The notes under the pieces: model-generated
Databases searched by the model: none
Seen by the model: only the letters and a program-made list of their open reading frames with translations
Told to the model about the DNA's origin: nothing
Source of the DNA: an uncultured Gammaproteobacteria bacterium
GTDB lineage: Bacteria > Pseudomonadota > Gammaproteobacteria > Magnimaribacterales > TMED112
Length of the DNA: 64,000 nt
Assembly (NCBI GenBank): GCA_913052565.1
Contig: CAJXFH010000001.1
Location: forward strand, 15,772-79,771
Reading direction: 5' to 3'
Position numbers and translations under genes: made by a program
Shown: positions 9,599 through 16,945 of the stretch, one piece after another
How the letters are laid out: every line of letters begins with the position of its first letter
Position numbering within the stretch: the stretch's first letter is position 1

Positions 9599-9675
9599 GG
9601 CTATGTAGCTCAGCTGGTTAGAGCGCAGCATTCATAATGCTGAGGTCCTTGGTTCAAGTCCAAGCATAGCCACCA
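9599..9675 (+). tRNA. tRNA with CAU anticodon, most like elongator tRNA-Met (tRNA-Ile2/lysidine not excluded)
   Basis: Cloverleaf: the acceptor is GGCTATG/CATAGCC, the anticodon arm is CAGCA-TTCATAA-TGCTG, and the T arm is CTTGG-TTCAAGT-CCAAG. It has A73 and CCA and is 77 nt. The acceptor resembles E. coli elongator tRNA-Met (GGCUACG). Confidence 0.85.
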
Positions 9676-9686
9676 ATTTTTTTATT

Positions 9687-10070
9687 ATGGATATAGCAAT
9701 TTTAGTTTCAGGAATAGCAGCAGGAGCAATACTATTTCATACTTCGATCATAGCTCCGACAGTATTTAAAACTTTAGGTCCGCCTGAAGCAAAAGTTTTT
9801 TTGAGAACAGTATTTCCCAAGCTCTTTAATATGCTCGTAGCTCTTGGATTAATTATGATGGTGCTTTTCTTTCTTGGAATGGGAAATATCTATGTAGCTC
9901 TTATCACAATAATTTTACCTTTTATTTGTGGAAGTCTTGTCCCAGCAACAAATAAAGCAAGAGATGAAGGAAATACAAAAATGTTTAGAAACTTACATAC
10001 AGTAAGTGTAGTTTTGACGGTAATTGTCTTGCTATCCAATCTGACTTGGATAGTGCATGCCTTTATCTAA
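9687..10070 (+). CDS. small four-TM membrane protein, DUF4149/TMEM205-like
   Basis: It is a 127-aa hydrophobic protein. The N-terminal pattern HTSIIAPTVFKTL...VFPKLF resembles the DUF4149 family as I recall it. It starts 11 nt after the tRNA-Met 3' end. Confidence 0.5.
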   Translation: MDIAILVSGIAAGAILFHTSIIAPTVFKTLGPPEAKVFLRTVFPKLFNMLVALGLIMMVLFFLGMGNIYVALITIILPFICGSLVPATNKARDEGNTKMFRNLHTVSVVLTVIVLLSNLTWIVHAFI

Positions 10071-10076
10071 AGAATA

Positions 10077-10310
10077 CTATCTTTTTAGTATTGCAAAAAT
10101 AATTGCTACTGATACGAGAGCAATTACTCCATCTTGACCAATGCTGTTTAAAATATTGGCAAAGTTCTGATATACGGATCCAATAAATGCTGATTCAGGT
10201 CCGAATAAGACTCCCAGAAGCAAAGATACTGAAACTACCAGAAGAAGAACTTCTGTAAGCTTTTCAAGGAACTCTTTTAGTTTAGAAAAATTAAAATCGA
10301 AAAATTTCAT
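10077..10310 (-). CDS. 77-aa two-TM membrane protein, paralog of 10356-10586 (function unknown)
   Basis: It has an amphipathic N-terminus followed by two hydrophobic helices. Its C-terminal ~45 residues align by hand with the upstream neighbour (G-[PA]-[ED]-[SN]-x-F-[IV]-G-x-V-x2-N ... G-x-[DG]-G-x2-[AG]-L-V-x3-I-I). Confidence 0.55.
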   Translation of the reverse strand: MKFFDFNFSKLKEFLEKLTEVLLLVVSVSLLLGVLFGPESAFIGSVYQNFANILNSIGQDGVIALVSVAIIFAILKR

Positions 10311-10320
10311 GGTTCAAAAA

Positions 10321-10345
10321 GCATGAGGGGCTAAACCCCTCATGC
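10321..10345 (-). terminator. intrinsic terminator/attenuator hairpin between the two paralogous small genes
   Basis: It has a perfect 10-bp stem GCATGAGGGG/CCCCTCATGC with a 5-nt loop. On the minus strand it is followed by TTTTT (10320-10316). It is one of only two GC-rich hairpins I found in the window. Confidence 0.6.
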
Positions 10346-10355
10346 AAAATCACAT

Positions 10356-10586
10356 TTATTTAATGTTAAGTACACCCATAATTATGAGCAATACAACTAG
10401 ACCCGCAAGTCCGCCATCACCCAACATACCGACATACATGACGAGGTTATCTATAACATCACCAACAAAAAACATATTATCAGCACCGACAGCTACTGCG
10501 CCTACGATACCTAAGCCGATTACGGCTACGAGAATGCCTGTAAGTCCATTTATGAAACCTACAACTGCTTTCATTATACTATCCAT
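10356..10586 (-). CDS. 76-aa Gly-rich two-TM membrane protein, paralog of 10077-10310 (function unknown)
   Basis: A strong SD (GGGGGAATT) precedes the ATG. The Gly-rich helix reads ILVAVIGLGIVGAVAVGA and the second helix reads LAGLVVLLIIMGVL. Confidence 0.6.
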   Translation of the reverse strand: MDSIMKAVVGFINGLTGILVAVIGLGIVGAVAVGADNMFFVGDVIDNLVMYVGMLGDGGLAGLVVLLIIMGVLNIK

Positions 10587-10723
10587 AATTCCCCCATGTA
10601 ATAGTTATGGATATGGTACAAAATAGACCGTTTTTGACAAATTATTTTAAATTAACTGACTAATAGAATTTATGGGTATATGGAACAATATAAATTTGGC
10701 TTATGTTGTGTTAGATCCTTTGT

Positions 10724-10745
10724 AAAACACTAGATATAGTGTTTT
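10724..10745 (-). terminator. possible weak terminator after the FAD-oxidase gene
   Basis: It has a 9-bp stem AAAACACTA/TAGTGTTTT with a 4-nt loop, 12 nt downstream of the stop at 10758. It is AT-rich and the U-tract is part of the stem. Confidence 0.3.
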
Positions 10746-10757
10746 CAGACAATAGTG

Positions 10758-12062
10758 TTATTTGAAAAAAACTTTTGGACACAGAATATTATTCGGATCC
10801 ATTGATTTTTTGAGGGTTTCGAGCAATTTGTACTTATCTCGATACTCACTGAATTCTGTCCAAATCTCTTTTTTTCTCTGTCCTATACCGTGCTCAGCAC
10901 TTGGAGAGCCGTTAACTTCTTTTAATAGGTTATAAACTTGTGAAATCAATTCTTCTTCATTGGTTTTTGAAATGATATTTACATGTATATTTCCATCACC
11001 TAAATGACCAAAAGAATGCATAGAATTTGCATCAATATCTTTCACTCTACTAAGAAATAACTGCAGTTTTTCCATAGGAATAGATAAGTCCATTTTATAA
11101 GCATGGTTATCAGCTAAGATAACAGGAAGGTCCTCTCTTTTAGCCCAAATCTCTTCTGCTTGTTTTGAATTAAGTAAAGAAACGCTTTCATTAATTGTGG
11201 CAAGTGACTCAAGCGCTTTATCAAGTTCGTTTTGCTCATTTGAAACAAGTTCAATAATGACGGAATACTCAGATGTTGGAGTATCTCCTAAAAGAGTTTG
11301 GCAGTTTTTGTCCCAATATTCGATGGACGAGATTAACTTTCTTATTTCAGAAGACAATACATCCTTTCTAAGCTGATCTAGATTATCAGTTTTAATTAGA
11401 ATATTTTCAGCATAATGCAAGCGCTCCTCAGTCTTAAGCACTACCTCGAATATTATTCCCAACGACCCTTCTGATCCAAAAAATAATTCCATTAAATTTG
11501 GACCTGTTGCATCTTTAGCAATTTCTTTTTGAAGGCTAAGCACCTCACCATTTGCCAGCATTACTCTCATTTTTGTAACATGATCTTTTGTTGCCCCATA
11601 GCGAATAAATTTTGAGCCAGCTGCGTTGGTTGCAACATTGCCACCTATTGAACTGGAAGAGGACGAAGCTAGAGATATTGGTAGTAATCTATTTTTTTCA
11701 GCAACAAAGTTTTTTACTAGGTCTGTGATAGCTCCTGCTCCACACTTAACGCATTGTTTCTCTTCAATCCACTCTATCGAATTCATCCTTTCAAGAGAAA
11801 TAACTATTTCTTTATTAGCAGCTGTTGCGCCGCCACAAAGCCCAGTTCTACCACCTGATATTACTACTGCCTGTTTGTCTTCATTTGCAATTTTTAAGAT
11901 TTTTTTTAAATCTGATTCACTCTCAGGAAAAATTATTGCTGTTGGGTCAGGCGTGATGGCTTTGTACCAATCGCCCCCATACTTCTCAAAATATTCTTTA
12001 GTCGTTTTTACCTGAGTTTCTGAAAATGTATTCAATAATTTTTGAAGACTATCTGTCATCAT
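10758..12062 (-). CDS. FAD-linked oxidase, GlcD / D-2-hydroxyacid dehydrogenase family
   Basis: The FAD-binding PCMH-type region has VVISGGRTGLCGGA, IGGNVATNAAG and FGSEGSLGII. The C-terminal motif is AEHGIGQRKKE...DPNNILCP. Confidence 0.85.
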   Translation of the reverse strand: MMTDSLQKLLNTFSETQVKTTKEYFEKYGGDWYKAITPDPTAIIFPESESDLKKILKIANEDKQAVVISGGRTGLCGGATAANKEIVISLERMNSIEWIEEKQCVKCGAGAITDLVKNFVAEKNRLLPISLASSSSSSIGGNVATNAAGSKFIRYGATKDHVTKMRVMLANGEVLSLQKEIAKDATGPNLMELFFGSEGSLGIIFEVVLKTEERLHYAENILIKTDNLDQLRKDVLSSEIRKLISSIEYWDKNCQTLLGDTPTSEYSVIIELVSNEQNELDKALESLATINESVSLLNSKQAEEIWAKREDLPVILADNHAYKMDLSIPMEKLQLFLSRVKDIDANSMHSFGHLGDGNIHVNIISKTNEEELISQVYNLLKEVNGSPSAEHGIGQRKKEIWTEFSEYRDKYKLLETLKKSMDPNNILCPKVFFK

Positions 12063-12435
12063 TAAATACTATGAAATTCCTATAGATGAATACAGTAGTG
12101 AAACTAAAAAATCCTGCAATTATCTTTTGGACGAGGATATTGTTTACTTCAATTGCAGCAAGCAAATAAAAAGCTACTGCCGTTATAACTGCACCAATTA
12201 CACCACCTAAAAAGTAAGCTGAGAACTCTAGTGCCGGTTTATCTGCAAGCCACCCTCTTCCAAATACAAAGTTTTTTGCCAATACAAAACTTACACAAGT
12301 GCCTAAAAGATAGCAAAAGAAAGATGTATATGCTCTATTAATATCAGTGTAATAATCCAATGCTAACAAAACAGCAAAGTCTACTACAAATGCTGTTGCA
12401 TTAGTTCCTGCATATTTAATAATTTTGATAACCAT
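12049..12435 (-). CDS. GtrA-family four-TM membrane protein
   Basis: It is 128 aa. The N-terminus KYAGTNATAFVVDFAVLLAL and the four-helix layout are typical of the GtrA family. It overlaps the downstream oxidase start by 14 nt. Confidence 0.7.
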   Translation of the reverse strand: MVIKIIKYAGTNATAFVVDFAVLLALDYYTDINRAYTSFFCYLLGTCVSFVLAKNFVFGRGWLADKPALEFSAYFLGGVIGAVITAVAFYLLAAIEVNNILVQKIIAGFFSFTTVFIYRNFIVFNDDR

Positions 12436-12450
12436 TTGCTAAAGTTTCAG

Positions 12451-13674
12451 CTAGGCTGTTATTTTGTTGAAGACTTCTTTAATTCTATCCAGACCCCAAT
12501 CCAATTCTTCTTTTGTTATTACAAGGGGTGGTGCGTATCTTATGGTTGTCTCATGTGTTTCTTTACATAAGATCCCATGATCTAGACACATTTTTGATAA
12601 GTCTTTGCCAGAAACAATATCCGGATCAATTTCTACGCCTAACCAAAGACCTTTTCCTCTTACTTCTTTGATTATCTTTGAATTCATATTCAAAAGAGAT
12701 TCTTTAAAATACTCACCCATTACTTTACTATTTTCAATCAGACCGTCTTCTTCAAGCAATTCTAGCGATCTTTTCGCAATTGCTGCTGCTAGTGGATTGC
12801 CTCCGAATGTGGAACCATGTGAGCCAGGATTCATCCAATGTAAAACTTCTTCTGATGACAAAAAGCATGATACAGGCATGAAGCCTCCACCTAAAGCTTT
12901 GCCAAGTATCAGACCATCTGGTTGTATGCCAGTATGTTGATAAGCAAACAATTTTCCTGTCCTTCCAAGTCCAGATTGAATTTCATCAAGAATCATAAGT
13001 ACGTTATGTTTAGAGCAAATTTCTCTAACTTCAGGTAAATAATTTTCAGGTGGCACAACGATTCCTGCCTCACCTTGAATTGGCTCTATTAGAACTGCGG
13101 CTGTGTTTTCATTGATTGCTTCTTCAATGGCAGCTGAGCAGCCATATTTTACCGTGACAAACCCTGGGGTATGAGGCCCAAAATCATGTCTTGAATTTTC
13201 ATCGCTTGAAAAACTTATAATTGTCGTGGTTCTTCCGTGGAAATTGCCAGCTGCTACAATTATTTCAGCTTTTCCAGATTTAACTTTTTTAGTTCTGTAA
13301 GCCCATCTTCGAGAAGATTTTATAGCTGTTTCGACAGCCTCAGCTCCTGAATTCATTGGCAAACACATCTCAAAACCACTCATTTTTGTAATTGTTTCAA
13401 GATATGGGCCTAGAGTGTCTGTATAGAAAGCCCTGGATGTCAAAGATAATCTGCTCGATTGTTCATGAAAAACTCTCAAGAGTTCTGGATGTGCATGACC
13501 ATGACTCACAGCAGAATATCCTGACATCATATCAAGATATTTTTTTTCATTTACATCCCAAGCCCAGACCCCTTTAGCTTTTGATAAAACAACTGGCAAA
13601 GGTTTATAATTATCAGGACCAAAAATTGACTCTTTTTGAATGAGATTATTTTGAATATTATCAATCACTGACAA
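12451..13674 (-). CDS. rocD: ornithine--oxo-acid aminotransferase (class-III PLP aminotransferase)
   Basis: The N-terminal region FGPDNYKPLPVVLSKAKGVWAWDV...YSAVSHGHAHP matches the OAT signature (YGAHNYHPLPV...). The PLP-region motif is DEIQSGLGRTGK. The annotated start is TTG. Confidence 0.85.
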   Translation of the reverse strand: MSVIDNIQNNLIQKESIFGPDNYKPLPVVLSKAKGVWAWDVNEKKYLDMMSGYSAVSHGHAHPELLRVFHEQSSRLSLTSRAFYTDTLGPYLETITKMSGFEMCLPMNSGAEAVETAIKSSRRWAYRTKKVKSGKAEIIVAAGNFHGRTTTIISFSSDENSRHDFGPHTPGFVTVKYGCSAAIEEAINENTAAVLIEPIQGEAGIVVPPENYLPEVREICSKHNVLMILDEIQSGLGRTGKLFAYQHTGIQPDGLILGKALGGGFMPVSCFLSSEEVLHWMNPGSHGSTFGGNPLAAAIAKRSLELLEEDGLIENSKVMGEYFKESLLNMNSKIIKEVRGKGLWLGVEIDPDIVSGKDLSKMCLDHGILCKETHETTIRYAPPLVITKEELDWGLDRIKEVFNKITA

Positions 13675-13711
13675 TATTCTAATGGTAAATATTTTGTACT
13701 GCTAGTTAAAT

Positions 13712-14611
13712 ATGAAAGATCTTCAATCAACCAATAGACTATTTATGGTAGAGCCAAAAGTGTTCTACATGAATCCTGAAACATCCTCCAGCAATCACTA
13801 TCAAAAAGATGATAATTCAATGACGGAAGATGAAATTTTGAATGCTGCTATAGAAGAGTTTGTCAGGTTTAGGGACAATTTAGTAGAAAGTGGAATTGAA
13901 GTTATTACTTTCAAGGGGTCTGATGAGTGTCCTGATCATATTTTTCCAAATTGGTTTACGACCTTTTCAGATAGCACATATCAAATTTTTCCTATGCTTG
14001 CTGAAAATAGAAGGAAGGAAAAAACAAAAGCAATGAAAGATTTTCTAAACAAAAGTTATAAATTAAAAGCAGATCTGTCTTTCATGGAGAAAGATAATCT
14101 ATTTCTTGAATCAACAAGTAGTATGGTTTTTGACAGAATAAATAGAATCGTCTACTTAACACTATCCCCTAGAGCAAATCAGGAGTTGGCAGAGAAATGG
14201 TGTGCTGAAAATAATTATCAATTAGTTATGTTCGAAACAGAGAGCCATACTGGTTCGCCTATTTATCACACAGACGTGCTTATGTATGTGGGAACCACTA
14301 TGATTGGAATTTGTTATGAAGTAATTAAACCTGAATATAGAGATAAGGTTATTGAGATGACAAATAAATATCATGAAGTATTAGAGATTAAACAGGATCA
14401 ACTATTGGACTTTTGTGGGAATTGTCTTGAGGTACCCAATATGGATAGAAAGTTACAACTTGTTATGTCATCAAGAGCTTTCAATGCATATACAGAAGAA
14501 CAGATGCAGTTTTTGAATAAGCATTTTGACAAAATAGTTCATCAAGACATACCCACCATAGAGAAGTATGGTGGAGGTTCTGCTAGATGTATGATTGCTG
14601 AATTATTCTGA
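13712..14611 (+). CDS. amidinotransferase-fold (guanidino/ureido-group-modifying) hydrolase, arginine-deiminase-related / CtlX-like
   Basis: It has PDHIFPNWF, PMLAENRRKEK and PIYHTDVLMYVG, plus the C-terminal catalytic-Cys motif GGGSARCMIAELF typical of the superfamily. Confidence 0.7.
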   Translation: MKDLQSTNRLFMVEPKVFYMNPETSSSNHYQKDDNSMTEDEILNAAIEEFVRFRDNLVESGIEVITFKGSDECPDHIFPNWFTTFSDSTYQIFPMLAENRRKEKTKAMKDFLNKSYKLKADLSFMEKDNLFLESTSSMVFDRINRIVYLTLSPRANQELAEKWCAENNYQLVMFETESHTGSPIYHTDVLMYVGTTMIGICYEVIKPEYRDKVIEMTNKYHEVLEIKQDQLLDFCGNCLEVPNMDRKLQLVMSSRAFNAYTEEQMQFLNKHFDKIVHQDIPTIEKYGGGSARCMIAELF

Positions 14612-16669
14612 GTCAGAGAATTCCAGTTTTACTTTACCGTCTCTTCTTATTTCAGTAACTTTTACTCTAACCTTGTCGCCTTCATTAACTATGTCTGTGA
14701 GCTGGTCAAAATCTTCTTTAAATTGAGAAATATGCAGCAGACCGTCCTTTCCAGGCATAAAAGTTACAAAAGCCCCAAATTCCATGATTTTTGCAACCAC
14801 TGCGTCATAGTCTTTGCCAACTTCTGGCTCAGCACATAATAACTCAATTTTTTCTTTTGCAGCTTCAGCAACTTCTTTATTTTCACCAAAGACGTTAACT
14901 TCACCTGAATCTTGAAGTTCGATTGTTACACCAAATTCTTCTTGCAAGCCCTTAATGGTTGAGCCGCCTTTTCCAATGACAACTTTAACTTTATCTTTAT
15001 GTACTTTGAACTTACAGAAGTAAGGCGCCAAGCTAGTTAATTCATTCGGTGATGAAAGTGCTTTATCCATTTCACCTAGAATGTGCATTCTCGCATCTTT
15101 AGCCTGTGTAAGAGCTTTTTCAAGAATCTCTTCATTGATTCCTTCTATCTTGATGTCCATTTGCAGGCCAGAGACTCCGTTTTTTGTTCCAGCAACTTTG
15201 AAATCCATATCACCCAAATGATCTTCATCTCCAAGAATATCTGTCAAAACTTCATATCTTTCATCGTCTTTAACTAAACCCATTGCAACACCAGCAATAT
15301 TTTCTTTAATTGGTATTCCTGCCGCCATCATTGCTAGACTGCCGCCACAAACAGATGCCATTGAGCTTGAACCATTCGATTCTGTAATTTCACTCACAAC
15401 CCTAATGGCATAAGGAAATTCTTCTAAACTTGGAACTGCAAATTGCAGCGATCTTTTGGCTAATGCTCCATGACCAATTTCTCTTCTTTTTGGCCCCATT
15501 GGAAAACCCAATTCACCAACACTATAGCTTGGAAAATTATAATGAAGCATAAAATTATCTTTCACTTCACCAGCTAAAGCATCAATAGTTTGAACATCTC
15601 TTCCAGAGCCAAGAGTGGCTGTCACTATTGCTTGTGTCTCACCTCTTGTAAAAAGTGCTGAACCATGTACTGATGGTAAAAAATTTGTTTCAATGCTGAT
15701 ATCTCTTACTTCAGTAAGACTTCTTCCATCAATTCTTTTTTGATCAGCTAAGATATTTTCTCTAACAATGTGCTTTTCAACTTCCTTGAATTGTTTCAAA
15801 TAGCTATTATGTTGATCTTCTTCGAGACCATCTAGCAGTTGTTCTCTGACCACATTAATCTTTTCACCTCTTTCTTTTTTATCAATTGTTGTAAATGCAT
15901 CACTTAAAGCTGTTGTATATTTTTCGCTTACCTCTGCATAAATTTTCTCTTCTTCTTCCTTATGTGGATTTATGTGCTCAGATCTCTCTGGAAGAACTTC
16001 TTTTGCAAACTCGTCAATTAATTTAATTACGGGCTTCATCTCTTGGTGTCCATAAAGAATCGCACCTATCATTAAATCTTCACTTAATTCGTTTGCATCA
16101 GACTCGACCATTAAGACAGCACTTTCAGAACCTGCTACAACCATATCTAAATCTGAATTTTCAAGTTGCGCAAAAGATGGGTTTAAAACATATTCATCTT
16201 CAACAAATCCAACTCTAGCTGCAGCCATAGGACCTTTAAATGGTACATCTGCAATTGACATAGCAGCTGATGCAGCCATCAATGCTACAACATCTGGTGG
16301 ATTATCTTTATCCAAGGACAATAACATGCAGTTTACTTGCACTTCATCTTTATAAAAATCTGGAAAAAGAGGTCTCAAAGGTCGATCAATTAACCTTGAA
16401 GTCAATGTTTCTACCTCTGTTGGCTTTCCTTCTCTTTTGAAATATCCTCCAGGAATTTTTCCAGCAGAATAAGTCTTTTCCATGTAATGAACACTTAATG
16501 GGAAGAAATCTCTCCCTTCAGCACTTGGTTTGGTTACAACTGCACACATCACCATTGTTCCACCCATGGAAGCAATTACAGATGCGGTTGCTTGTCTTGC
16601 GATTTTTCCTGTTTCTAAAACAAGAGTTTTTGATCCCATTGGGATCTCTTTTCTTATAACTTTATTCAT
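14603..16669 (-). CDS. pnp: polyribonucleotide nucleotidyltransferase (PNPase)
   Basis: It aligns full-length: two RNase PH domains, a KH domain (GKGGSTIKGLQEEFG) and an S1 domain (GKDYDAVVAKIMEFGAFV). The rpsO-pnp synteny is conserved. Confidence 0.98.
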   Translation of the reverse strand: MNKVIRKEIPMGSKTLVLETGKIARQATASVIASMGGTMVMCAVVTKPSAEGRDFFPLSVHYMEKTYSAGKIPGGYFKREGKPTEVETLTSRLIDRPLRPLFPDFYKDEVQVNCMLLSLDKDNPPDVVALMAASAAMSIADVPFKGPMAAARVGFVEDEYVLNPSFAQLENSDLDMVVAGSESAVLMVESDANELSEDLMIGAILYGHQEMKPVIKLIDEFAKEVLPERSEHINPHKEEEEKIYAEVSEKYTTALSDAFTTIDKKERGEKINVVREQLLDGLEEDQHNSYLKQFKEVEKHIVRENILADQKRIDGRSLTEVRDISIETNFLPSVHGSALFTRGETQAIVTATLGSGRDVQTIDALAGEVKDNFMLHYNFPSYSVGELGFPMGPKRREIGHGALAKRSLQFAVPSLEEFPYAIRVVSEITESNGSSSMASVCGGSLAMMAAGIPIKENIAGVAMGLVKDDERYEVLTDILGDEDHLGDMDFKVAGTKNGVSGLQMDIKIEGINEEILEKALTQAKDARMHILGEMDKALSSPNELTSLAPYFCKFKVHKDKVKVVIGKGGSTIKGLQEEFGVTIELQDSGEVNVFGENKEVAEAAKEKIELLCAEPEVGKDYDAVVAKIMEFGAFVTFMPGKDGLLHISQFKEDFDQLTDIVNEGDKVRVKVTEIRRDGKVKLEFSDSE

Positions 16670-16672
16670 AAT

Positions 16673-16942
16673 TTAGTCTCTAATATTTAATTCTTTAACG
16701 AGCTTTTGGTAGGCAGATGAATCTGACCTTTTAAGATAATTTAAAAGTTTCTTTCTATCACTGACTATCTGTAATAATCCAGTTCTAGAGTGATTGTCTT
16801 TTTTATGTTCTTTAAAGTGACTTTGCAATTCTTCAATTCTTTTTGTCAACAACGCAATCTGAACAGAAGTAGACCCAGTGTCTGTTTCTGTTTTTCCAAA
16901 TTTTTTAATAACTGCTTGAGTTTCTTCTTTACTTAAGCTCAT
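16673..16942 (-). CDS. rpsO: 30S ribosomal protein S15
   Basis: It is 89 aa, with DTGSTSVQIALLTKRI...HFKEHKKDNHSRTGLL. Confidence 0.98.
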   Translation of the reverse strand: MSLSKEETQAVIKKFGKTETDTGSTSVQIALLTKRIEELQSHFKEHKKDNHSRTGLLQIVSDRKKLLNYLKRSDSSAYQKLVKELNIRD

Positions 16943-16945
16943 TTC

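Noticed and set aside
10073-10092. An AATACTA-N6-TAGTATT hairpin at the convergent junction of the DUF4149-like gene and the 77-aa gene.
   Set aside because: It is a 7-bp almost purely A:T stem, it lies inside coding sequence, and it has no flanking U-tract. That is too weak to call a terminator.
10316-10345. A 9-codon mini-ORF (ATG AGG GGT TTA GCC CCT CAT GCT TTT TGA) inside the GC-rich hairpin, considered as a possible leader peptide.
   Set aside because: The ATG is part of the palindromic stem itself (GCATGAGGGG/CCCCTCATGC), so its presence is forced by the symmetry. It has no SD and no regulatory-codon pattern.
10356-10586. Assigning the 76-aa Gly-rich protein to ATP-synthase subunit c or to the YeaQ/GlsB/YmgE family.
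   Set aside because: It lacks the conserved polar loop and the mid-helix carboxylate of c-subunits, and it lacks the first of the three YeaQ-type helices. The similarity (LGIVGAVxxG) is low-complexity Gly-zipper sequence.
10342-10626. A 94-aa plus-strand ORF covering the 76-aa small-protein locus.
   Set aside because: Its product is a Pro/Thr/Ser-rich mirror of the Gly/Val/Ala-rich minus-strand gene. The minus-strand ORF has a strong SD, a sensible two-helix membrane topology and a paralog next door.
9676-14611. The idea that the segment between tRNA-Met and pnp is an integrated genomic island or mobile element.
   Set aside because: I found no integrase or recombinase, no direct repeat of the tRNA 3' end by eye, and no obvious compositional break. 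The contents are metabolic or membrane genes. I keep it only as a locally variable region.
14600-14623. An imperfect palindrome GAATTATTCTGAGTCAGAGAATTC where the hydrolase and pnp coding regions overlap tail to tail, considered as a possible bidirectional terminator.
   Set aside because: The arms mismatch in the middle and the loop would be 1-5 nt. It lies in the coding sequence of both genes. It is plausible but I cannot support it without a folding computation or 3'-end data.
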